Shown here piece after piece: positions 48,650-58,734 of a stretch of 64,000 nt of DNA. The stretch spans positions 3,008,001 through 3,072,000 of the forward strand of contig OZ245817.1 of the NCBI GenBank assembly GCA_965228475.1, read 5' to 3'. Made by a program: the position numbers and the translations under genes. The stretch is from Myxococcota bacterium (lineage in GTDB: Bacteria > Myxococcota_A > UBA9160 > JAFDDA01). The notes beneath the pieces were generated by a model. The model ran no database searches. It was not told where the DNA came from and was given only the letters and a program-made list of their open reading frames with translations. Within the stretch, counting starts at the first letter, position 1. Each line of letters begins with the position of its first letter.

Positions 48650-50233
48650 TCACTTCGGAGGGCCTCCGGACCAGCGCTCGGCGGTGCGTTCGCCGAACCA
48701 GCCGCCGGTCCAGGCATCGATGCCCGCGCCGAGCTCGTCGGCGCGCAGCCGCAGGCGCGCCGCTTCGAGGGGCCGGCCCTCGGGCAGGGCGAGGAGTTCG
48801 AGCTGCACGCGGCGGCGCTCGAAATAGAGATGACGGAGTTCGTCGAGGACGTCGTCGCGGAGTTCGAGGAGCTCTCGAACCTCCCGGGAAACGTCCACGG
48901 ATTCGGGGTGATGCAGCACATCCCCGAAGTCCCAGCTGAGGGCGAGGGAAGCCTCGAAGCCCGCCTGCCGTTCTCGCTCAAAGTCGAGCAGGCGGCGGGT
49001 GTCTCCCGAGAGGAAGGCCTCGTCGCGGTCGTCCGTGACGCTCGTGCCGTGATCGCGCTCGAGGCGGAGGGAGAGCGTCGGCAGCCAGCCGCGCCGCTCG
49101 GCCCCCCGCCGCAGCCGGCGCAGGCGCCCGGGCTCGAGTTCGAGGTAGGCCAGCGCCGCGCGGCGCACCTCCTCGATGGACGGCTCGCGCCGCTCGCCGA
49201 GAAGCCGCACCGGCAGATCCGTGATGGCGCCCGCCGCCGGCGCCAGGGCCGGACGCTCCGCCGGCTCGGGTGAGGCCGGCGCAGCATCGGCGTGCTCGAA
49301 CGCCCTGCGATGCAGCCCGCGGTCCGTCGCCGCGAACCAGGCGCCGGCGCCCCCTGCGAGGCCATGGACCGCCAGGGTGTCGAGCGGCGGATGCGCGCGC
49401 TGCCACGGGCCCTCCGGACCGGTGGCGAAGTACGTGCCCCGCTGCGAGGTCAGCCAGACTCCCCGGTCGCTCACGAACAGCCGTTCTGCGCGCGCTCCCG
49501 CCGGGAGCGTCGCGCAGGCCCGGCGATCCGAGACGGCGCGGCCGTCTTCCGAGACGACGCGGCCGTCTTCGGAGACGACGCAGCCGTCTTCGAGCAGCGT
49601 GAGCCGGGCGAGTCCCTCCGGCGCGAACGCCACGTCGACGGCGCGCGCGAGCGGGGCTTCTGCGCCCGGAACGAAGGCACCGGCCCCGAGGTCGAACTCG
49701 CCCCAGTACGCGCGCCCGTCGACCACGAGCCCGAGCGCGATCCGACCCGAGTCGCTCGAAGCGTCCGCGCGGGCGGCCAGCGCCGTCGCCTCGCCCGGCG
49801 GAAGACCGCCCCCGACGCGCAGCCAATCCCCGCCCGGTGCCAGCCGGCGCAGGCCATCCGCCGTGGCGGCGAGCCAGGCGTCGCCCGCCCGCGCGAGACG
49901 AAAGGCCGGCGGCACCCCGGCGCCGCGCGTGGCCACCCGGCTCCGCGCGCCGACGTAGTGCAGGCCGGCCTCCCCGGCGGCCCAGAGCCCGCCGTCGCCG
50001 TCGAAGGCGAGGTCCCGGATGCCGGGCACCTTCAGCGGGTGGAAGAGTTCGGCCGGCTCGGCGCTCCCGAGCCGGAGGCCCTCCGCGTCGGCGACCGCGA
50101 GGGCACCCCCGGCAGCGACCGCCACCGCGCGCGCGGGCCCGGGGTGAACCGGCTCGCTCCGCCACGGAGCCGCCGCGATGCCGGAAGCGGCGACGGCCAG
50201 GGCGAAGACGAGAAGCGTCGGAAGAACCTGCAC
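48650..50233 (-). CDS. Secreted beta-propeller-like protein with helical C-terminal domain
   Basis: Signal-like N-terminus, repeated W-x-A-T-x-x-G-L blades, C-terminal EPSIEEVRRAA...WLPTLSL...LSWDF. Confidence 0.6.
   Translation of the reverse strand: MQVLPTLLVFALAVAASGIAAAPWRSEPVHPGPARAVAVAAGGALAVADAEGLRLGSAEPAELFHPLKVPGIRDLAFDGDGGLWAAGEAGLHYVGARSRVATRGAGVPPAFRLARAGDAWLAATADGLRRLAPGGDWLRVGGGLPPGEATALAARADASSDSGRIALGLVVDGRAYWGEFDLGAGAFVPGAEAPLARAVDVAFAPEGLARLTLLEDGCVVSEDGRVVSEDGRAVSDRRACATLPAGARAERLFVSDRGVWLTSQRGTYFATGPEGPWQRAHPPLDTLAVHGLAGGAGAWFAATDRGLHRRAFEHADAAPASPEPAERPALAPAAGAITDLPVRLLGERREPSIEEVRRAALAYLELEPGRLRRLRRGAERRGWLPTLSLRLERDHGTSVTDDRDEAFLSGDTRRLLDFERERQAGFEASLALSWDFGDVLHHPESVDVSREVRELLELRDDVLDELRHLYFERRRVQLELLALPEGRPLEAARLRLRADELGAGIDAWTGGWFGERTAERWSGGPPK
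49530..49592. repeat. Three tandem 21-bp units (in-frame EDGxxVS)
   Basis: GAGACGRCGCRGCCGTCTTCS x3. Confidence 0.9.
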
Positions 50234-50246
50234 GGGGCGCCGGGAG

Positions 50247-50262
50247 AGCAATCGCCATGCCA
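50247..50262 (-). promoter_or_regulatory. Near-consensus sigma54 promoter
   Basis: Minus strand TGGCATGGCGATTGCT (consensus TGGCACG-N4-TTGCW). Confidence 0.75.
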
Positions 50263-50385
50263 GCGCCCGGTCCCCTGAAGCGCCGCCCCGCCGCGGCGCG
50301 ACCGGGAGGCTTCGCGCTCGGCGTCGCCCGCCGTTCGCGCGGACATCGCCCGGCGCGCCCCACCCCCCTGCAATTCTTCTTGCGG

Positions 50386-50414
50386 TTGACGCGGAGGGGA
50401 CCCTTCCGAAGAAT
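50386..50414 (+). promoter_or_regulatory. Putative sigma70 promoter, leaderless
   Basis: TTGACG-N17-AAGAAT, 7 nt before ATG 50422. Confidence 0.5.
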
Positions 50415-50421
50415 CCCGGCC

Positions 50422-51189
50422 ATGCGCCCCGCGAACCTGCTCCCGCCGCCCCGCTCGTGGCTCCTGGTCCTGGCCGCGAGCCTGACTCTCGCGGCCGCCC
50501 CCGCCGGCGCCGCCGAGAAGCCCCGCATCTACAAGTGGGTCGATTCGAACGGCATCGCCCACTACACGACGGACCCGGAGCGGATCCCGAAGGCCCTGCG
50601 CAACCGGATCGAATCCCTCGATCGCGCCGAGACGCGCAGCGAGCCGACCTTCGCGGCCCCGGCGCCCGTCGAGCCCGCGCCGATGCGGGAGCCCGAGCCC
50701 CTGCGTTCGCCGACGCCCGCCCCGGCCCCCGAACCCTCGCTCGCCGCGCCCGCGCCGAGCGCCGACGCGGTGCCGAGCGCCCCCGTCGCACCGAGCCCGG
50801 CGACCGCCGCGAGTGCACCGCCCCCGGCTCCCTCCGCCCGGCCCCTGGACGAACCGGCCGCGCTGCAGGGCAGCGGCACCGAGGAGTGGGCCACGCGCAA
50901 CGCCCTCCCCCGCCGCTCCGCCGCCGCCGACGCCGATCCGAACTCCCCCGAAGGCCGCGCCGCCCTGGCCCGGGAACGCGAAGCCCTCGACGCGCGAATC
51001 GCCGAGGTCGAAGCCGCGATCACCGCCGACGAGAACGTGCTGAAGGATCTCATCACCGACCCGCAGCTCGACGAGGACACGCCGCTGTTCGACCGCCCCG
51101 AGTTCCTCGAGGTCTCGCGGCGTCTCCCCGAGCTCCAGGCCCAACTCGACGAGCTGCGCGGGCGCCGCGACCAGCTCGCCACCCCCTAG
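50422..51189 (+). CDS. DUF4124 domain protein with Pro/Ala linker and coiled coil
   Basis: Signal peptide, IYKWVDSNGIAHYTTDPERIP. Confidence 0.8.
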   Translation: MRPANLLPPPRSWLLVLAASLTLAAAPAGAAEKPRIYKWVDSNGIAHYTTDPERIPKALRNRIESLDRAETRSEPTFAAPAPVEPAPMREPEPLRSPTPAPAPEPSLAAPAPSADAVPSAPVAPSPATAASAPPPAPSARPLDEPAALQGSGTEEWATRNALPRRSAAADADPNSPEGRAALAREREALDARIAEVEAAITADENVLKDLITDPQLDEDTPLFDRPEFLEVSRRLPELQAQLDELRGRRDQLATP

Positions 51190-51198
51190 GCCCGAACC

Positions 51199-52155
51199 GT
51201 GCCCCCCGCCGACGCCGCACCCTGGGTCGCCCTCGCCGGGGGCGTCGGGGCCGCGCGCTTCCTGCGAGGGCTGGTCCGCGCGGTGCCTCCGGCCGAGGTC
51301 ACGGCCATCGTGAACACCGGGGACGACGCGGAGTTCTACGGTGTCCACGTCGCGCCGGACTGCGACATCGTCACCTACACCCTGGCCGGGCGGATCGACC
51401 GCACGCGCGGCTTCGGCCTCGAGGGCGACACCCACATCCTCGTCGACTCCCTCGAGCGCCTCGGCCACGAAGCCTGGTTCCGGCTCGGCGACCGCGACTT
51501 CGCGAACTGCCTGCACCGCACGCTCCGGCTCCGCGACGGCGCCGGGCTCGCCGAGGTCGCCGACGAGCTGCGCCGCCGCTTCCGCGTGGAGACCCGTATC
51601 CTCCCCATGTCCGAGGACCCGTGCCCGACCTACGTCGACCTCGAGGACGGCCGCCGCCTGCACTTCGAGGAGTACCTGATCCGCGAGGGCTCGCCGGACA
51701 GCGTGACCGGCGTGGACCTCACGGCCGCGGAGCGAGCGCGCCCGGCGCCCGGCGTGCTCGACGCCCTTGCCGGCGCCCGCGCCGTGCTGGTCTGCCCGAG
51801 CAACCCGGTGGTCTCGATTGGGCCGATCCTGGCGGTGCCCGGCGTGCTCGATGCCCTGCGCGAACGCCATGCGGCCGGCCGCCCGATCGTCGCCGTCTCG
51901 CCGATCGTCGGCGGGCAGCCCATCAAGGGCCCGGCCGCCCAGCTCCTGCGCGGCGTCGGCTGCGAGGTCTCGGCGCGCGGCGTCGCGCGCCACTACCGCG
52001 AGTGGATCCACGGCATCGTGATCGACGAGCGGGATGCGGAGCAGGCCCCCGAGATCGAAGCGCTCGGTCTCGGCGTGCGGGTCGTCGACACGATCATGCG
52101 CGACGCCGGAGCCGCCGAAGGGGTGGCCCGCGCCGCCCTCGAGCTCTGCGCGTGA
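51199..52155 (+). CDS. cofD: 2-phospho-L-lactate transferase (CofD/FbiA)
   Basis: LAGGVGAARFL, VNTGDD, WFRLGDRD, PSNPVVSIGPIL, KGPA. Confidence 0.9.
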   Translation: MPPADAAPWVALAGGVGAARFLRGLVRAVPPAEVTAIVNTGDDAEFYGVHVAPDCDIVTYTLAGRIDRTRGFGLEGDTHILVDSLERLGHEAWFRLGDRDFANCLHRTLRLRDGAGLAEVADELRRRFRVETRILPMSEDPCPTYVDLEDGRRLHFEEYLIREGSPDSVTGVDLTAAERARPAPGVLDALAGARAVLVCPSNPVVSIGPILAVPGVLDALRERHAAGRPIVAVSPIVGGQPIKGPAAQLLRGVGCEVSARGVARHYREWIHGIVIDERDAEQAPEIEALGLGVRVVDTIMRDAGAAEGVARAALELCA

Positions 52156-52820
52156 GCGCCGCACCGCCGAGGGCTGGCTTCGATGCCCTGGTCCCCGTGA
52201 AACGGCTCGTCGCCGCGAAGTCACGCCTGCTCCCGGGACCCGACCGCAGCGCCGCCGGGCGGCTCACCCTGGCGATGCTCGAAGACGTGCTCGCCGCGCT
52301 GTTCGCTGCCGAGAGCATCCGGCGCGTGGCCGTGGTCACCCCCGACGAGGAGGTCGCCGCGCGGGCCGAGGAGCTCGGCGCGCTCGCCCTGCTGCGCACG
52401 GACCCGGGCCTGAACCCTTCCCTCGACGCCGGCGCGGCCGAGCTCGCGGGCCCCGAGCAGGACGGCCTGGTCGTCATCCTCGGCGACGTCGCCGGAGCGA
52501 CCGCCGAGGACATCGACGCGGCCTGCGCGGCCTTGGCGGAACTCGAACGCCCCGGGGCCGTCCTCTGCCCGGCGAAGGACGGCGGCACCGCGGCGCTCGC
52601 CCGGGCCCCCCACGACGCCATCGCCGCCCGCTTCGGCGAGGCCAGCGCGGCCCGGCACCGGGCGGCCGCGGCGGAGGCCGGGATCGCCTTCCGGGAACTC
52701 CCCCTGCCCTCCCTCGCCATCGACCTCGACGAGGAGGAAGACGTCCGCGCCTTCCTGCGGACCGACGCGGGCGGCCGCTGCACGCGGCCCCTCCTGCGCG
52801 AGCTCGGCTGGCGCCCGTGA
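52152..52820 (+). CDS. cofC: Phospholactate/PEP guanylyltransferase (CofC/FbiD)
   Basis: VPVKRLVAAKSRL, GLNPS, DGGT, RFGEAS, IDLD. Confidence 0.85.
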   Translation: MSAAPPRAGFDALVPVKRLVAAKSRLLPGPDRSAAGRLTLAMLEDVLAALFAAESIRRVAVVTPDEEVAARAEELGALALLRTDPGLNPSLDAGAAELAGPEQDGLVVILGDVAGATAEDIDAACAALAELERPGAVLCPAKDGGTAALARAPHDAIAARFGEASAARHRAAAAEAGIAFRELPLPSLAIDLDEEEDVRAFLRTDAGGRCTRPLLRELGWRP

Positions 52821-53560
52821 CGGTGGCGCCGATTACGCTCCACCCCCTGCCCGGGATTCCCGAGGTCCGCCCCGGCGACGACCTGGCGGCTCTGCTGCGC
52901 GCCGCCGCCGGGGCGGCCGGCGTGACGCTCGCGGACGGCGCGCTGGTCGTCGCCCAGAAGATCGTTTCGAAGGCCGAGGGCCGCCTCGTCGCGCTCGCGG
53001 ACGTCGAGCCTTCGGAGGAAGCCCGGCGCATCGCCGCCGAGGATGAAAAGGACCCGCGCCACGTCGAGGTCGTCCTGCGCGAGACGCGGCGCATCGTCCG
53101 GCGCGGGCACCGGGTGCTGATCAGCGAGACCCATCATGGCTTCGTCTGCGCGAATGCCGGCGTCGACCTCTCGAACGCCCCGGGCGAGGAGATCGCCGTG
53201 CTGCTGCCCGAGGACCCGGACGCCTCGGCGCGCCGCCTCCACGAGGCGCTCGGCGGCGGCCCGGCCGTCGTCGTCTGCGACACCTTCGGGCGGCCCTGGC
53301 GCGAAGGGCTCGTCGACGTCGCCATCGGTTCGGCGGGCATCGCGCCGATCCAGGACCAGCGCGGCAGCCGCGACCGTGCGGGGCGCGAGCTCCTCGTCAC
53401 CACGATGGCCACGGTCGACCAGCTCGCGGCGGCGGCGGGCCTGCTGATGGAGAAGAGCGCCGGCGTCCCGGCCGTGTGGATCGCGGGCGTTGCCCCGACG
53501 GGCGACGGGTCGGTCCGCGAAGGGATACTGCGCGACGCCGAGACCGACCTCTTCCGCTAG
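52817..53560 (+). CDS. cofE: F420-0:gamma-glutamyl ligase (CofE, short form)
   Basis: GIPEVRPGDDL, KIVSKAEGR, ANAGVDLSN, DTFGRPWR, DLFR end. Confidence 0.9.
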   Translation: MTVAPITLHPLPGIPEVRPGDDLAALLRAAAGAAGVTLADGALVVAQKIVSKAEGRLVALADVEPSEEARRIAAEDEKDPRHVEVVLRETRRIVRRGHRVLISETHHGFVCANAGVDLSNAPGEEIAVLLPEDPDASARRLHEALGGGPAVVVCDTFGRPWREGLVDVAIGSAGIAPIQDQRGSRDRAGRELLVTTMATVDQLAAAAGLLMEKSAGVPAVWIAGVAPTGDGSVREGILRDAETDLFR

Positions 53561-53569
53561 CGCCCGGCG

Positions 53570-54349
53570 CTAGCCCGCCGAGAGCGAGAGCGGCAGCTCC
53601 AGGAACTCCTCGTAGACGAAGTCGCGGTGCTCGATCAGGATCGGATCGAGCGCCTTCCGGGTCGCCTCGTCCGCGGCCTCGAAGGCGGCGCGCATCAACT
53701 CGGGCATGGGGCAGTGCTCCGGCGGCAGCGGCCGCACGAGCGCCATGAACGTCGCGCTGTAGATGTCGAGGGCGGAGAGCGCCTCGCCGACGTAGAAGCG
53801 GCTCCCGGCCTCGCGCTGGGCCTGCAGGCGTCGCGCCAGGGAGGCGAGGATCGCGACCACCCGCTCTCCGTAGTGCGCGGCCTCCTCGGGCCGGTAGCCG
53901 TACTTCGGGGCGAGGTAGGCGGCGACGCCCTTCGGGAACCCCCCGCGCTCGTTCAAGCCATCGTCGACGCCCTGGTTGCGGCGGCACCAGCCGAGGCCCA
54001 TCTCCCCGCAGATCTCGTGGGACCAGCCGACGACGAGCGCGCGTTCCTCCGCGTCCGCGGGCAGGAGGGCCGGCGCCGGCGCCAGCCGCTCGGCCAGGAG
54101 CAGGATCTCGGCCCAGCCCTTCCGCGGCGCCTCGTCCTCGTACATCGCCACGGGGCCGCTGCGCTCGCCGGTCCACTCGGCCATGGCCGGGTTCGCCTGA
54201 TCGAGGGCCACGGCCTTCCACGGGATGCCCTTCACGTGGAGGATGCCCTTGGCCGCCTCGCCCCAGGGGCTCGGCACCCCGGTCACGACCACCATGCGCA
54301 GCCCGCTCGCGCGCTGCGCCTCTTCCAGCTCGACGTACTCGATCGGCAA
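53570..54349 (-). CDS. Glutathione S-transferase-like protein
   Basis: N-terminal PSPW, C-terminal FYVGEALSALDIY; AGGAG RBS. Confidence 0.6.
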   Translation of the reverse strand: MPIEYVELEEAQRASGLRMVVVTGVPSPWGEAAKGILHVKGIPWKAVALDQANPAMAEWTGERSGPVAMYEDEAPRKGWAEILLLAERLAPAPALLPADAEERALVVGWSHEICGEMGLGWCRRNQGVDDGLNERGGFPKGVAAYLAPKYGYRPEEAAHYGERVVAILASLARRLQAQREAGSRFYVGEALSALDIYSATFMALVRPLPPEHCPMPELMRAAFEAADEATRKALDPILIEHRDFVYEEFLELPLSLSAG

Positions 54350-54394
54350 TGGGAACTCCTGGTTGGTTCGGGCCGGCGTGCTAGCGCTGGCGCC

Positions 54395-54994
54395 CTAATC
54401 GGCGAGCGCCGCGTCCACCGCGCCCCAGATCTCGGCGATGCCGAGGCCCTTGGCCGCGGAGGTCGGGACGACCGCGTCCGCGGGCATGTCGAAGACGCGA
54501 CAGATCTCGCGAAGGCGCTTGTTGCGCTGGTTGGCACTCAGCTTGTCACACTTCGTGACCGCCACGAGTACCGGGATCTCCTGCTCGACGAGCCAGTCGA
54601 CGAGGTCCGTCTCGTCGTCCTTCGGATCGCGGCGCACGTCCTGCAGGAGCACCGCCATCCGCAGCGGCTCCCGCCCGGCGAGGTAGCCCTCGACGAGGCT
54701 CTTCCACTTTTTCCGCTCCCCGAGCGAGACCTTCGCGTAGCCGTAGCCCGGGAGGTCGACGAAGAGCAGCGAACCGCGCTCCCGGCGCGCTTCGAAGAAG
54801 TGGACCAGGCGCGTCTTGCCCGGCGTCGCGCTCGTGCGGGCGAGCTTCTTGCGCGCGACGAGCTTGTTCAGGAGGCTCGACTTGCCGACGTTCGAGCGCC
54901 CGAGGAAGGCGACCTCGGGCAGCCCGTCCTTCGGGAACCCCTCGGGCCCGGCGGCGGTCGCCACGATCTTCGCGTCGAGAACCCGGCCCTTCAT
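54395..54994 (-). CDS. engB: Ribosome-biogenesis GTPase EngB/YihA
   Basis: GRSNVGKSS, PGKT, DLPGYGYA, TKCD. Confidence 0.95.
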   Translation of the reverse strand: MKGRVLDAKIVATAAGPEGFPKDGLPEVAFLGRSNVGKSSLLNKLVARKKLARTSATPGKTRLVHFFEARRERGSLLFVDLPGYGYAKVSLGERKKWKSLVEGYLAGREPLRMAVLLQDVRRDPKDDETDLVDWLVEQEIPVLVAVTKCDKLSANQRNKRLREICRVFDMPADAVVPTSAAKGLGIAEIWGAVDAALAD

Positions 54995-55007
54995 CGCCTC
55001 CGCCCCC

Positions 55008-56156
55008 TCATCGGGCTAGGAACTCCTCGAGACGCTCCAGGGCCTCGGCGATCACGGACTCGCTGGCCGCGCAGGAGAAGCGGAGCCAGCCTTCGCCGGC
55101 CTCGCCGAAGTCGATGCCGGGGATCACCGCCACGTGGGCCCCCTCGAGGATCTCGAAGGCGAGCTTGCGCGAATCGGCGCCGAAGCGGCGGGCGTCGGCG
55201 AAGACGTAGAAGGCGCCGGCCGGCTCCGTCGGAACGCCGAAGCCGAGGGCCCGGAGGCCGTCGACGAGCAGCCTGCGGCGCCCGCCGTAGGCTTCGCGCA
55301 TCCGGGCGACGGTGGCGGCGCCGTGCTCGAGCGCCGCGATCCCCGCGCGCTGCACGAAGTGGTTCGCGGAGATGAAGAGACTCTGCTGGAGCACCTGGAG
55401 CGGCCGCAGGGCCGGCTCGGGCACGATGGCGTAGCCGAGCCGGAAGCCCGTCATGGCGTAGCGCTTCGAGAAGCCGTCGAGGACGAAGGCGTCGCCCCCC
55501 GTCGCGAGCGCCGAGGTCACCTGGGCGTCGTCGTAGACCAGGCCGTCGTAGATCTCGTCGGAGATGAGCGGGAGGCCGAGCCCGGCCAGTTCGTGGACGA
55601 CCTCGGGGGGCTGGATCGCGCCGGTCGGGTTGGCCGGCGAGCTCGTGACGATCGCCCGTGTGCGCGGCCCGAGGACCGCGCGGACCTTCGCCGGATCGAG
55701 CCGGTAGCCGTCTTCGGCGACCGTCGGCACGAAGACCGGCGTCCCGCCGCAGAAGCGGATGAAGTTCGGGTAGCAGGCGTAGTGCGGCGTCCCGACGACG
55801 ACCTCGTCCCCCGGGTCCACGAGCAGCGAGAAGACCAGGAGCATCGCGGGCGAGGTGCCGCTCGTGACGATCACCCGGTTCGGGTCGAAGTCGACGCCCG
55901 CTCGGGCGCCCTTGTCCCGGGCGATGGCCTCGCGCAGCTCGGAGAGGCCGCGGCTGTCCGTGTAGCGGGTCTCGCCCGCGGCGATCGCCTCGCCGCAGGC
56001 GGCCTCGACCTCGGGCGGCGGCGGGAAGCCGGGCTCCCCGATCCCGAGGTGCAGCACGCGGGCGCCGCCGCGCTCGAGGGCGAAGGCGCGCTCCATGACC
56101 TCCATGGCGAGGAAGGGCTCGAAGGCCCGGCTGCGAGCGGCGAAGTGGAGCGCCAT
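55008..56156 (-). CDS. Class I/II PLP aminotransferase
   Basis: SPANPTG, ISDEIY, GFSKRYAMTGFRLG. Confidence 0.9.
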   Translation of the reverse strand: MALHFAARSRAFEPFLAMEVMERAFALERGGARVLHLGIGEPGFPPPPEVEAACGEAIAAGETRYTDSRGLSELREAIARDKGARAGVDFDPNRVIVTSGTSPAMLLVFSLLVDPGDEVVVGTPHYACYPNFIRFCGGTPVFVPTVAEDGYRLDPAKVRAVLGPRTRAIVTSSPANPTGAIQPPEVVHELAGLGLPLISDEIYDGLVYDDAQVTSALATGGDAFVLDGFSKRYAMTGFRLGYAIVPEPALRPLQVLQQSLFISANHFVQRAGIAALEHGAATVARMREAYGGRRRLLVDGLRALGFGVPTEPAGAFYVFADARRFGADSRKLAFEILEGAHVAVIPGIDFGEAGEGWLRFSCAASESVIAEALERLEEFLAR

Positions 56157-56228
56157 CGAGTCCGGGTAGCCGAGCGCTCCCCGCGGCGCAAGTGCCCCGA
56201 ATCGTTCGGCTTTCCCCCACGGCGCCGT

Positions 56229-56257
56229 TTGACGCTCCGCACCCGACCGATTACCCT
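56229..56257 (+). promoter_or_regulatory. Putative sigma70 promoter of the ccm operon
   Basis: TTGACG-N17-TACCCT. Confidence 0.55.
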
Positions 56258-56290
56258 CCCGGCTCCTCTCGTGCCAACCAAGGGTCCTCG

Positions 56291-56764
56291 ATGTCCAAGG
56301 GAACGCAGATGATTCTCGGCGCGACGGCGATCGCGCTGCTGGTCGCCTGGTACGCCACCGCGAACCTCGGCGGCCTCGCGTCCTTCCGCTACTACGAGAC
56401 GCTCGACGAGTTCATCGCCGCGGGCGCGCCCTCCGAGCCCGCCCGCGTGCACGGCTACGTCGCCGACGGCACGATCGAGCGCGACGTGGCCGGCAAGACG
56501 GTCCGCTTCCGCGTCCAGACCCTGCCGCCCCACGCCGGCGGCCCGGCGAGCGAGACCTTGCCCGTCCTCTTCTCCTCGCTCGACGTCCCGGACCTTTTCC
56601 AGGACGGCGCGGAGGTCGTGGTCGAAGGGCGCATGGACCCCGGCGCCCAGGTCTTCGTCGCGGACCTCGTGCTCGCGAAGTGCCCCTCGAAATTCCAGGC
56701 GGACCCCGATGCCGCCGAAGCCGCAGCGGCTCCGAGCGGCGACGCTCGGCCGACCCCCCTCTAG
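56291..56764 (+). CDS. ccmE: Heme chaperone CcmE, Cys-type (System I*)
   Basis: N-terminal TM, VPDLFQDGAEVVVEG, LAKCPSKF. Confidence 0.9.
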   Translation: MSKGTQMILGATAIALLVAWYATANLGGLASFRYYETLDEFIAAGAPSEPARVHGYVADGTIERDVAGKTVRFRVQTLPPHAGGPASETLPVLFSSLDVPDLFQDGAEVVVEGRMDPGAQVFVADLVLAKCPSKFQADPDAAEAAAAPSGDARPTPL

Positions 56765-56766
56765 CG

Positions 56767-58733
<1,967 letters not shown>

Positions 58734-58734
<1 letters not shown>

